In this document: in pieces, positions 24,557-37,504 of the stretch
How the letters are laid out: each line of letters opens with the position of its first letter
Numbering within the stretch: position 1 is the first letter of the stretch
Assembly: GCF_006345805.1 (NCBI RefSeq)
Contig: NC_042999.1
Coordinates: forward strand, 150,784,001 to 150,848,000
Direction of reading: 5' to 3'
Origin: Octopus sinensis
Taxonomy: Eukaryota
DNA: 64,000 nt
Translations under genes and position numbers: made by a program
Notes under the pieces: model-generated
What the model saw: the letters and a program-made list of their open reading frames with translations, nothing else
What the model was told of the DNA's origin: nothing
Database searches by the model: none

Positions 24557-24945
24557 TCTTTATATATAAAAGTGAAGTTGTGTGTCTGTCTCCTACGATT
24601 TAGATTCCTAACTACTCCCACATTTTGCGGTGCAGTGTAACCAAAAGTGGGTATCTTATAGTCGTGATTCATATCGAGCCTTCATATCGAGCGCGTCTAC
24701 GATGAGTCTATGATTTAAAAAAAAATCACCATCATTTTTTCCCATTTTTAATGCATTTTTTTGCTATTATATAAGGGAAGTAACTCTCTAAAAATGTATT
24801 ATTAAATCTCAGACTGTAAAAAGCTACAGTAACACCTCCCTTTGTGGTTAGCCATATTGAAATGGCTATTATACTTTACATCTCTAAAAATGCTGATATA
24901 GTTATTTCCCTTACAAACCCGAGCAACACCGGGCGATACTGCTAG
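24557..24945 (+). mobile_element. Non-autonomous Helitron
   Basis: A|TC 5' end, subterminal hairpin CCCG-AGCAACAC-CGGG (24918-24933), CTAG|T 3' end, no TSD; second copy at 49069-49448. Confidence 0.85.
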
Positions 24946-25334
24946 TATATAATATAATATTTTTATTGTTGTGTAGTAAGTTGCATAGATTTGAAATAAT
25001 GTCTAGCCAACAGTCTACAACTTGATTACAATTCATAGAAAAATGATTTCGCATTACATATAGGTGCAGTTGTGGCTCTGTGGTAAGAAGCTTGCTTTCC
25101 AACTACATGGTTCTGGGTTCAGTCCTACTGTGTGACAACATGGGCAAGTGTCTTCTTACTTTAACCTCAGGCTGACCAAAGCCTTGTGAGTGGATTTGGT
25201 AGACAGAAACTGAAAGATGCCTGGTGAGTGTGTGTATATATATATAGGCACAGGTGTTGCTGTGTGGTAGAAGCTTGCTATCCAACCACATGGTTCTGGG
25301 TTCAAGAATGAAGTTGGAAGACTGTTGGAGTAGT

Positions 25335-25372
25335 TCTCGTGATAGCTCAGTTAGTAGAGCGGAGGACTGGAG
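25335..25372 (+). pseudogene. 5' half of a tRNA-Tyr-like sequence
   Basis: GATAGCTCAGTTAGTAGAGCGGAGGACTGGAG versus eukaryotic tRNA-Tyr GATAGCTCAG(T/C)TGGTAGAGCGGAGGACTGTAG; no T-arm or 3' acceptor half; anticodon altered. Confidence 0.55.
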
Positions 25373-25426
25373 TAAGTCATTATTAGCTGGAGGACTGTTG
25401 GAGGACCAAGGACTAAGTTGAGGACT

Positions 25427-25737
25427 TTATTTACATTATTTACATTCGACAGATATTTGTCCTCATCTTGTTTGTTGTTAACACATTTTGGCTGATATAC
25501 CCTCCAGCCTTCTTCAGGTGTCTTGGGGAAATTTCGAACCTGGGTTCGATGTTAATATTATTATTATTATTGTTCAGGTCACTGCTTGGAATCGAACTCA
25601 GAATCTGGGGGTTTGTAGCCCGTGCTCTTAACCACTATGCCATATGCCCATGGACATATGAGGACAACAAGATGAGGACAAATATCCATCAAATGTAAAT
25701 AATGTACATAATTCCTCATCTCTTAAATATAGAACTG
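25427..25737 (-). mobile_element. Non-autonomous PLE-like, tRNA-headed element with hammerhead-type core and 13-bp TSD
   Basis: TAAGTTGAGGACT at 25414-25426 and 25738-25750; inverted terminal arms; minus-strand head GGCATAGTGGTTAAGAGC...GAGTTCGATTCC; CUGAAGA at 25517-25511 with a GGCUG/CAGCC stem; GAAAC decayed to AAAAU. Confidence 0.7.
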
Positions 25738-26478
25738 TAAGTTGAGGACTGTTTTGTGCTTCCATACCTGTCTTGGCAGGATTTCTATGTCAGGATGCCT
25801 TTCTTACTATCAACCTCTTTACAATGTTTGCTGGATGCTATATTTACATGGCACCAGCTCTAGTGGGGTTGCTGAGCAGCTTGCAAGACCAAAATACCCT
25901 TTGATGAGGGGTTGGAGTGAAGGCTGCTTTATGCTAGGTGATGAGTGGTCAAATAATGAATGAATGAAAAGGTCTCTGGAAGGTGGGGTTTCTTGGTATA
26001 GAGGAAATACACAGCTATTGTCATACAAGAGGGGTAAGAGTAATGAGAAAGAAAGATAAAGATTGCAGTGATCAGGTGTCAAGGTGGGCGCTGGGGGCAC
26101 AGAAGAACAAAGAGGGTGGGAGGGTAGAGGTGTGCAAGAGTATATGGAGAGAGTGAGGGATGGATAGAGATGGGATAGTGGTGTGGTTGGGTGCGGAGGG
26201 GTAAATATACTAAATGGTGAATGATTGAGTGGAGTGGGTGGGGTGGGGGAGGGCATGTCCCTGATGATAAATATGAGTCTGAGGGAAGGGAAGGGAAAGT
26301 AGATGATGACAAGTGATTGGCTGAGGCTGAAGGGTGAAGATGGTGTGTGTGCATTTGTGTGTATGTGCATTCACATGTGTGTATGTGTGTGTATAATATG
26401 TGCACACATACATACACACATATACACATATACATGTATATATACATACATATGTATACATACATATATATGCATACA

Positions 26479-26529
<51 letters not shown>

Positions 26530-26569
26530 TATATGATGATACATATATATGTATATATAAATAAGTATA

Positions 26570-26624
<55 letters not shown>

Positions 26625-27504
26625 ATATATCTGTATGTTTGCATGTATATTTTCTTCCCTAGGAAATCCAAACCTGAAAACTAGCTATAATTATTTCCCT
26701 GAGAACCTATATTATCTGCAACAAGCCAACTAATATCTGAAACAATACAATATAATTATCCCATGATATCTCTTTGTAGCTAGGATAGAATTTTGTCCTG
26801 TCACTCAGCTTTAATTAGAAATAATGAGGAAAACTGACCTCTAAGATTTTGGTCTTGTAACCCTCTGCCCTTCGAAATAAATAAATAAACTGATAAATAA
26901 ATAAAGACTTATTAAAATAAAAAACATAAAGAAATACAAAAACCTTAGGTCTTAGTCAGTTCAGACCTTAATATTTCAAGTTTTCAACAGAAACTCTGCT
27001 CTCTAAAGCTGACTTGCTTCTCAGTTTGTGGAAAGATATGTAGATTGTCCAACTGCTAATGGAACAAAATATTTTGGAATTTGTTCTGGGAGTAACCTTT
27101 AAGAATTTATTTGGCCTTAGGGGTCATGTTATTTTTGTTGTTGTCATTGTTGATCTTTGGCCCTTGGCATATCATGACTTGTATCCTGATAGAGTTTCTT
27201 GCTGTGTATGGAATTTAACATAGCTACAGGGGAGGTATGTATACATATGTGTGTATACAACTGTGTGAATGTCAATATATGTGTATATAAGACTGTGTGT
27301 GTGAATGCATGTACAAATAAGTGTGTATATGTACTAGTGTATATATAATTCTGTCTCTAGATATTAAATAGCAACTGCTACCATAAAATTTGCATAAATC
27401 TAATTAAATTTTGGTATTAATATCATCTCATGCTGCGTTGCTTTCAGTTATTTTGGTCATTCATAAAATATCATATTAATCTCGTTAAAATTGATAATTA
27501 GTAA

Positions 27505-27676
27505 GGCGGCGAGCTAGCAGAATTGTTAGCATGCTGGGCAAAATGCTTAGTGGCATTTCATCCACCTTTATGTTCTGAGTTCAAATTCTGCCGAGGTCAA
27601 CTTTTGCCTTTCATCCTTTCAGAGTTGATAAAATAAGTACTAGTTGAGCGCTGGGGTGGATGTAATTGATATACCC
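27505..27676 (+). mobile_element. SINE family C
   Basis: GGCGGCGAGCTAGCAGAA...CTGAGTTCAAATTC...GCCTTTCATCCTTTC. Other copies at about 13726-13925, 18777-18900, 19632-20060, 23779-23990, 48843-49068 and 49806-50010. Confidence 0.75.
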
Positions 27677-29534
27677 CAGGGATAGGGAAACCCCCCCCAC
27701 ATGCTGTTTTATTGTGCCCCACAGGCTGATATACTCACATGTAGAAAATATAATAAGTTTTTCAATCAAAATTTATACAATATTTGTACACGTATTTGTA
27801 ATATAGTTGTGTTTCCACTATGACTTAGAATGGCCAGAAATCGTCTGGTAATTACCATTTGAATGGAAATCTTGTTTACACTATAAAACACATAATGCTA
27901 GGTTTATACCACCCTCCTGAGATCCAACTATACTTTAGCTGTAAAAAATAGAATATCTCATAAGTAATATAAACGTTCTAAATTCAGTGGCAGTGTTAAT
28001 GAAGATGTTACATGTTTACTTAATGTGTTAAACCTATCTTTATTAATGTATATCAAATTATACATAGACATATACAAGGTTTACACAGATATAAGAGTTA
28101 GAACCTGTAATCTGCCTGCAGACCTTTTTCTTAGGAAATTGTTGCCTGCTACACTAAAAAGTTACCCCACCCCTAATTTACCACTTCCAACTTGCTGGCC
28201 TTGTGCCAAAATTTGAAACCAAGTATTGATGATTAGTAAAGAGTAGCATGTTGTTGTTGAGCCCTCAATCTACCACAGCCATCTCAACTTATTTTCAGAC
28301 GTAGTATATCTAGGATTACAGTACCCAGTGTATCTTACCTTATTCATGATGGTAGGGGGTGACTTAGGGTGGATTTTGTTGCTGTTTCTAGCTGGTTGAA
28401 CAACTATATAGAGGTTTCTGTTTGTAACTTGAAGACTGGTGGCAGATGTTGTTGGATGGTTGGAAATAAGTACCTTTTATTTGCTTTTCTCCCCAGCATC
28501 CTGTGTTCAAATCTTGCCAGAGCTAGTGGACTATAGACCAGTAATTAACTGGTGTCAATAAAACAAGGATTAGTACAGCACTGGAATTGATTCATTTGAT
28601 TGCATGCCTTTTCTTTCAACCACATGGTTTTGGGTTCAGTCCCATTGTTTGGCACCATAAGCATATGTCTTTTGCTATAGTCTTGAGCTAACCAAAGTCT
28701 TGTGAGTGGATTTGGTAGAAGCCCTTCACACACACACATACAAATGTTTGTATATATGTGTGCATTTGTTTCTTTATCTTGGCATCACATGATAACAAGC
28801 ACTACCATACAAATAGTATCATTTTGTTTGCAATCTCATGTGATACCATGTCTGGGCCATGAGGAAATAATATCTTGCTTGGAAACATTTGAGGGGACTG
28901 AACCCTGAACCATATGGTTGGGAAGCAAGCTTCTTACTACCCAGCCACGTCTGCACCTATATACACAAGCATTTTATATATTGTCAAATATTTCACAAGT
29001 AAAAGAATTTATTTTTTAGGACCCTTTCAGAATTATATTGTGACCTAATTTGGGTTGTGACTCCTGCTGATCTAGGGGACAAAAATCTTGTCTTCTCTTT
29101 AACATGAATTGGAGGTGAACTGGGAACAACAACTGTTGGAGTATTCTCTATCATCTCCTCTCTCCTGTTATCCCCTATCACTCCCTATCACTCCACATAT
29201 AAGCCCCCAACACACCTCATGTAACTCCTTATTTTACATATAAAGCCCCCTTACTCTTCTATAACTACCCCGTCATTCTGAGAGAGATGTATGTTTTACC
29301 CTAAGACCTTCAGTGTTTCTAGTTGAGTGGTTAGCAGTAGGACTGGCATCTAACTGTAAAAATAATTGTCACAACAATATTGAAATATCTATATTCACAC
29401 TCACAAAAAAAAAAAATCCACTTTGGAACATAGATGCAAATTATAGGCACTTGCATGGCCTGTGGTTAAGAAATTCATTTTACAACCATATGGTTTTGTG
29501 GCATCTTGGACAATATTAGTTAGATGTTGGTGTT

Positions 29535-29907
29535 GATGTCAACATCAAAATAAAAATCAAATGGAAATTGTAGTTATGATACCCATGCTGGTGGCACATA
29601 AAAAGCACCTGCCGAACGTGGCTGATGCCAGCGCTGCCTGACTGGCGTCTGTGATGGTGACATAAAAAGCACCAGCTAATTGTGGCCGTTTGCCAGCCTC
29701 CTCTGGTCCCTGTGCCGGTGGCACGTAAAAATCACCCACTACACTCATGGAGTGGTTGGCGTTAGGAAGGGTATCCAGCTGTAGAAACACTGCCAGATAA
29801 GACTGGAGCCTGGCGCAGCCTCCTGGCTTCCCAGACTCCAGTCCAACCGTCCAACCCATGCTAGCATGGAAAGCAGACGTTAAATGATGATGATGATGGT
29901 GATGATG
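29535..29907 (+). mobile_element. RTE LINE 3' end
   Basis: 3' UTR consensus with GTGCC/GGCAC subrepeats and (GAT)n tail. Confidence 0.8.
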
Positions 29908-30016
29908 ACACCAATGTCCTATATGGAATTATTTTACAAAATAGATTAAATGATTGCAGCATAGAAGACAGATGTTAGCCATTCTGAAACACACAGAAAC
30001 TGTTAATTAAACTTAA

Positions 30017-30238
30017 CCCTTTAACATTCAGATTTCTCTGTCAAGTGTATTTATTCTTATTTATTCACATTGTTTTGAATTAATTATGCATTATGTTGTC
30101 ACTTTGAGATGTTGATGATGTGATTGTTATCTTTAGAATGACATTGTAGGGTGGGTGTAAGAGGCTGGATCTGACCAGTTTGAACTTAAAATGGGTAAAA
30201 TATTTTGGCCAGATGTGGCCAGTTTAAATGCTATGGGG
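30017..30238. mobile_element. piggyBac-like MITE, family P1
   Basis: TTAA|CCCTTTAACATTC ... AATGCTATGGGG|TTTAA. Confidence 0.7.
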
Positions 30239-30699
30239 TTTAATCATTGTAACATTTAGTCAAAATTTTCATCATTTGAATCTGCAACCTCATCACTGAC
30301 AACATTACACTGCATCTGCAGTTTTTGAGTGTTTTTGAGTGGCTAACATGTTTTCCACACTAATCATTTTCGTTTCAACACATGATATCAGATCAAATCA
30401 CTTCCCTGGCAAATACACCTCTGTAAATACAAGATTAAGCTGTAATGGTTTTATTAATTCTCATCAGTTTTTATCAGTAAACTGTGCAACCTCCTAAGTG
30501 TTGTCAATTTCTTCCCTTGCGCCTCTGAACTTCGGAATTCCCTTCTGCAGTTTTGTTTACCTCTTCAATATGACTTCCAGTCTTTTAAGTCTAAGGTACA
30601 TAGTCACCTATTTTATACTAGAAGTTTTTATATTTTCAGTGGTCTAAGGACCTTGTAACTAGTGAATACTTTAATATATATATATATATATATATATAT

Positions 30700-30964
30700 T
30701 GTTTGTTCCTTCTCGAGCCATGCCTGGCTCATAAGGGCCAATTTCCCGGTTTCCTTGGCGTATAGGTTCCCCACTTCGACGTGACGCTGGTCCATCGCAG
30801 GTCAGCTGCAAGATGCAGGAGGAAAGAGCAAGAGAAAGCTGTGGCGAAAGAGTCAGCAGAAGTTTGCCGGAGCCATGTGAAGCTTAGGTGTTTTGCTCAT
30901 AAACATACACACAGCCCAGTCTGAGATTCGAACCCGCGATCCCTCGACTGCGAGTCCGGTGCCT

Positions 30965-30965
<1 letters not shown>
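30700..30965 (-). mobile_element. tRNA-derived SINE, family D
   Basis: Minus-strand head with B-box GGTTCGAATCT; lies between (TA)n and (CA)n tracts. Confidence 0.7.
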
Positions 30966-31020
<55 letters not shown>

Positions 31021-33289
31021 GAATCAATGTAAGATCCAGTATACATGTGAATTAGCTGAAAAAGTAACTTGAAGTGAACACTTAAACAATTTCAAATCTG
31101 GTGATAAGAATTTTTTTAGTTACAACATTATTCCCATGATCTGTTGCTACCTGCATCAACAACATGCAGAAGATGAGGTCAAGAAAGTCTTGAAATGTTA
31201 ATGGATCTAAGGGATGCTAGTGCTCCAAACTAAACATAAAGGATTAAAAGGGCAATATGTGCAATCAAACATTCATAAAATAATAAACTCAAATATTACA
31301 TGTGTGAGTGTGTGTGTGCATGTTAGGTGTATACACACACATCCTACTCATGTATGTATACCTGCATGTATGTTCCCTTTCCTTTTTATTCATTTATATA
31401 TTCTTCCTCTGAGGAAGGAACTGGCTTCTAACAAGAGATACAAAGCTCCATTGTTGGAATGTGGAAAAGGAAAACGATGTCATATTTTAAACTAGAGGAA
31501 TGTCTCGCATATTTTAACTTTTCCACTTATACAGATTATATCTGTAATGTGTGAGTTGGTTGATTTCTTTTCCAAAAAACCCTGGCTTATCCAGACTATC
31601 AGTTAGGTATTTACTCTCAAAACTAAGTGCATCAATTATTATTGGTATAAATGTAAATTTGTAATCTGGATATAGTTATCTTCTTTCTCTTTGATTTTCA
31701 AAGAGATATTCACATCAGCAGAACAGCTGACCTCTGTGACGGAACATCCTTTTTCTTGTCTGTCCCAAACAACAATAACTGGCCTGTTATGTTTACAGAT
31801 CTTTTCACGGGAATATTCCACCTGTATTCCTTATGTTGATGTTTGTGTGTGTGCATGTGTGTGTGTGTATTTGTGATGGTAACGTGTTCAAAGGAACGTT
31901 CATCAGACATTATCATCATCATCATCATCATCATCATCATTTTAATATCCACTTTTCCATGCTTGCATGGATCAGAGAGAGTTTGTTGAAGCAGATGCTC
32001 TTTCCGTGACCAAGCCTCCTCACTCATTTCCAAGCAAGGTAAGATTTCCTCATGATGGGATATGTTTTCATGGAGGATTGTGAACCGCATGTATGATTGA
32101 CACTTGCTTCATGTCAAGATGAGAAAGCACACATACACACACACATACACACACACATACACACACACATGCACATATACACATGCAATGCGACAAGTTG
32201 TTAAATTAATCTTAAATTGATGATAATGATGACAACAGTGATGATGATGATGATGATGGTGGTGATTGGCTGTGTGAAGTATTTAAATGAGTCAACCTCA
32301 TTGAGACTGGTTCCCAGATAAATAGTTTGGTGTTGATGAGGGAGGCTGAAGATGTGTGTGTGTGTGTGTGTGTGTGTTGAAGATGGGGGTGGCAATAGTT
32401 ATTAGAGCTCAGAGAAACTGGAAATGGAGAGTGTTAGTGGGAGGAAGATGTGGAGGAGGTGGGGGTGTTAGTGAGTGACTATTAAGTCTGACCACTAGAG
32501 GAAGTAGTGACACAAGCACTTCAGAGAAGACTTTGGGCAAGGAATGCAGCCTGAAGGATGGAATGTATCTTCCTTTCCTCCTCTCCTCCCCACCACCTCA
32601 TCTCTAACACTAAATGGGAAGATGAACAACTGTCTTTTTTGGATGTTAACCTTCAACCTTTCCATTTTTCTTTCTTGGAAATCCTTGGAAATTTCTGGGA
32701 GCTGGTGGGGGTGGAGTTGGGTGATTTTCAATGTCCTAAGCTGTAGAGTTTGTGGTTACAGTGCGGAGTGGTTAGATTCTGATTGTTGTGGACTAAGATT
32801 TCCACTGCCATTTTTTTTTTCTAAAGTCAGCAGATGTGATAGGGATATATTTAGCTGCTATTCTTAGCAAGTCAAGAGACTGTATAATGACATCCTTTTT
32901 GGCTGAAGTTGATATAGGTCAAGTTTGATTGTTGTATTTAGCCTATACAGCAATTCTGATTAACCACATCTATTCTGTTATTCATTTATTTGGTTCAGTC
33001 ATTTGAGTGTGGCTATGCTGGAGTACCACCTTTAGTCGAGCAAAGTTGACCCCAGGACCTATTCTTTGTAAGCCTAGTGCTTATTCTATCGATCTCTTTC
33101 ACTGAATTGCTGAGTTACGGAGATGTAAACACACCAGCATCAGTTGTCAGCCAATGTTGTTGGGGACAAACACAGACACACAAACAAATACACACACACA
33201 CATATATACACAATGGGCTTCTTTCAGTTTCCTGTGCCTATGATCATATATATATATAATATATTACATATTAGAGGATATATGATATA

Positions 33290-33680
33290 TGTTTCTTTTC
33301 TTTTTATTTGTTTCAGTCACTTGACTGCAGCCATGCTGGAACATTGCCTTTTTAGTCAAACAAATTGACCCCCAAGACTTATTCTTTGTAAACCTAGTAC
33401 TTATTCTATCTGCCGAACTGTTAAGTTACGGGGGATGTAAACACACCAACATCGGTTGACAACCGATGACGGGGGGGGGGGGGGAACAAACACAAACACA
33501 CACACATATATACACGACTGGCTTCTTTCAGTTTCTATCTACCAAATCCACTCAGAAGGCTTTGGTTGGCCCAAGGCTATAGTAGAAGACACTTGCCCAA
33601 GGTCCCATGCTGTGGGACTCAACCTAGAACCATGAGGTTGGTAAGCAAGCTACTTACCACACAGCAACTCCGACACCTAT
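33290..33680 (-). mobile_element. tRNA-derived SINE, family A (a second partial copy at 32990-33230)
   Basis: Consensus match. Confidence 0.75.
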
Positions 33681-34091
33681 ATATATATATATATATATAC
33701 ACACACATATATATAAAATATAAATAATTTCAGAAAACAAATTTCCAAATCAATCAGGTGCAACCCTTCAGCGTTATATGCATCTACATATCGTACTTTG
33801 GGGTCTTATTTATCGTATATTTATATATTTATCTATAAATATACAAAGTATCTGATAAAAGTCAATATTCAATTTTTGGGGATTAATCAATATGCGGGTA
33901 TCCTATTTCAGATAATACAAAAATAACTTAATGAGTATATATCTTACAGTAAACTCATGGTATCCTTTTGCACATCCTGAAATAATACTTAAAGGATATA
34001 ACCAAAATTATCAGCGGGGTATATAATATACTTCATTAATTATATCATACTTTAGTTAATACTTATATTTATTAAATATAGCTCTATCCGA

Positions 34092-34722
34092 GTGGGATCA
34101 CTGCCAGAGCGGCTGGCTGGCTTCCGTGCTGGTGGCACATAAAAAGCACCATTTGAATGTGATCGTTACCAGCACCGCCTTGCTGGTACGTGAACAAAAC
34201 ATTCAAGTGAGGTCATTGCCAGTGCCGCTGGACTGACTCCTGTGCAGGTGGCATGTAAAAAATACCATTTTGAGCGTGGCCGTTGCCAGTACCGCCTGAC
34301 TGGCCCTTGTGCCGGTGGAATGTAAAAGCACCCACTACACTCTCAGAGTGGTTGGCGTTAGGAAGGGCATCGAGCTGTAGAAACTCTGTCAGATCAGATT
34401 GGAGCCTGGCGCAGCCATCTGGTTTGCCAGTCCTCAGTCAAATCGTCCAACCCATGCCAGCATGGAAAGCGGACGTTAACCCTTTTGTTACTGTATTTAT
34501 TTTGAGCTGCTCTTTGTTTCTTTCAATTATTTGAAATATAACAATGAATTTAGTAAAATAACTTACTTATCATTAAGCTAGTGTTAGGAACATAAATTGT
34601 GACTAAGGTCTGGTGGTATATCTTAATGAAAAACTAATGAAAACAAGACATTTATACTACAGAGCCAGAGCCGGTTTTGGCCGGGTTGGTAACGAAAGGG
34701 TTAAACGATGGTGATGATGATG
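34092..34722 (+). mobile_element. RTE LINE 3' end interrupted by a P2 MITE
   Basis: The RTE terminus GGACGTTAAACGATG is split at TTAA. Confidence 0.8.
34480..34700. mobile_element. piggyBac-like MITE, family P2, nested
   Basis: TTAA TSD at 34476-34479 and 34701-34704; TIRs CCCTTTTGTTAC / GTAACGAAAGGG. Confidence 0.9.
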
Positions 34723-36697
34723 AACTGTATCTTTATATCTGTGTTTATATCTGTATCTTTATATCTATATCTTTATATCTATGTCTTTATATCTATGTCT
34801 TTATATCTATGTTTTTATATCTGTGTTTGTCCCCTCCACCATCACCACTTGACAACTGACGTTGTTGGGTTTACATTAGCAATTCAGCAAAAGAGACTGA
34901 CAGAATAATTACCAGGCTTTACAAAAACAAAAAAATCCTTAAGTCCTGGGGTTGATTTGTTCGACTAAAATTCTTCAAGGCAGTAGACCCCCAGCATGGT
35001 CACACTCTAATGAATGAACACAAGTAAATGAACACAAATAAGAGACAAAATGACAGAAGGATAATAATAGATTTGTGTTTGCTATTAATATTACTGTTTT
35101 TCTTCACCTCCCCGCTCAAAACTTGTATCTATTTTTGTGCCAAAAAATAACTTGCTGCTGCAGCTTGAAAATGCCAAACTGCACTAAGGTGTGGTCCTTC
35201 TGGACATGTTACCATTGTAATGTGTACTTTAGCATGTATGTTGTTGCTGTTGCCGTTGTTGTTTTTTAGCTTATTCCTTTTATTTTTGCTGTTTGTTTTT
35301 CTACGTCTGTTCCGTTGCTTAAAGCAATTAGTTTCGAAACAGTTGCATCATATGTCTGTGCTCCTAGAATAAACGGTACAGTGTGTGTGTGTTTGTTTGT
35401 GTATTTGCTATGCAACGGAATATGAAATGAACTTCTCTTGTGTTTCCTAGTTTCCGGTTTCAAGTCAATGATGTGAAAGATCATCGAGGGAAAGGACGGA
35501 AGAGGCAGTGGGATGCGGGTGGATTCGAAAAGGAATTTTTTTTGAGTTTAAATTATGCACGGTGGCACTCTGTTGCAAATTGGTTTGTTCTTTTTTTGCT
35601 TCTCATAGAGAAGAAGAAGAGAAGAAATAGGGGTGGAGGGGTGGAGTAGGGAGTCATTAGAATATGTGTGTGATTGTGGGTAGTGGTGGAGGTGGTAGTG
35701 ACAGTGGCAGCTATGGTGTGACAGGGGAGAAGAGAGAAATAGATGCTGGGAGAGAGGAGGCAGAGTAAGGAAGAGAGAAAGATGAAAAGAGAGAGAGGGG
35801 GAGAGAAGTGCAGTGGAAGGGAGAGAGAGGCAAAGAGAGGAGGCAGAAAAGGAGGGAGGGGGGTAGACAAATAGAGTGAAAGGGACACAGAGACAGACAA
35901 ATAGACAGAAGGAGAAAAAGAGAGAGAGATAGATAGAGAGTAAGTGAATGAGTGTGTGAGAGAGAGCACAAATAAGTTGAAGGTTATTAAAACCATTCAT
36001 ATGTGTTGAAGGGACACAGCTGATCTTGGGTAATAACCACCAGAATTATTAAGGACCACACGTGGAGCTTGTAGCTAATTATAAAATAACTTCTACTAAT
36101 TACTTCTAGAAGTATTGATGAATCATTCAATTATTTTTATTTTTTTCTTAACGACTTGAATTTGCAAAAATCTCAACAATGTTCAAATTGGGTTTCCAGT
36201 GACTAAAAGGGAACTTGGGAAGTCTTCATGGTAAAGTTTGGTCATTTAATGTCAAGGTACTTAGACAAGAACTTGATGTGGCTTATTCAAGACTATGACA
36301 TCATACACACAAATTTACATCTGTGTTGCATTTCTGCTCTTAAAAATGCTGTATTGCTATGAGCTTATGATAACATATTTAATGGATTTCCGTTGAAATA
36401 TATGCATAATATATACTATGTATCTTCAAAGGTATTGAATATATTTGGATGTTATAAACATAATGTGTGTGTGTGTGTATGTTTATGTATATGTATCTAT
36501 ATTCATCTATTTCTCTTTATCTTTATCCGTTTATGTGTGTATATGTGTGTCTGTGTGCACACACACACACACACACATCATCATCAACATTTAATGTTTG
36601 TCTTCCATGCTGGGTTAGACTGTTTGACACAAGCTAATTTGCCTGGGGACTGCCAAGCTCCACATACACACACGCACACATACACACGCACACACAC

Positions 36698-36737
<40 letters not shown>

Positions 36738-37164
36738 TTGCTGGTAAAGTGTTCTCAATATTTAATCTAAAGTTAACAAAAATTTTAAAAACTGAGATTT
36801 TATGCAATTATTGCTCTAACCATTGCCATAGTCCAATGACTGAAACCAGGAAAAGACTAAACACACACATACACACACACACACACACACACGCAAGTGT
36901 AGCTGTATTATCAAAAATGATAGCTGTTTTCTTATATAGAGTGATACATTTATTTAAGTTATGGGTAAAACTATCGAATAATTCCTTACCTACTTAGAAT
37001 AAAAGACTGTCATCTTCTGTTCTAACGAGGTTGGTACTTTTCAAACTGTTTAAGCTATTGACATTTTTCAAACATGTGGAGTCCTCTAGTGGAGAGTTAA
37101 TACAAAGGAAATAATCATTTCTTCATAATATAACACACCAGCATCGGTTGTCAAGCATATGCAC

Positions 37165-37242
<78 letters not shown>

Positions 37243-37243
<1 letters not shown>

Positions 37244-37452
37244 GATGGCCGTCCACTCGTGACCGAGGAAGACCATTGCCGACCTTCAGGAACATTGTGC
37301 GCTCTAGGACTAACTTATATTTTGCATTTGCGGCTCCGTTGGTGGCTAATGAGCCCTGCTCTTGACAAGCATACACGACTGCAAACATTGCAGACCAAGC
37401 TTTCCCCATTCACTATATGAGCCGTGCGCTTTTGCACACCTCGCTTAAGTTC

Positions 37453-37455
<3 letters not shown>
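37243..37455 (-). mobile_element. 3' end of an RTE-BovB-type LINE (C-terminal CCHH zinc finger plus 3' UTR) inside a SINE A (TA)n tract
   Basis: Minus frame ...LVCNVCSRVCLSRAGLISHQRSRKCKI*; a C-x2-C-x-R-x-C-x-SRxGLxSHxR finger ends BovB-type ORFs. Confidence 0.7.

Positions 37456-37504
<49 letters not shown>

Noticed and set aside
32558-32746. EDEQLSFLDVNL resembling a PLE RT motif
   Set aside because: A single short motif with no other RT motifs nearby.
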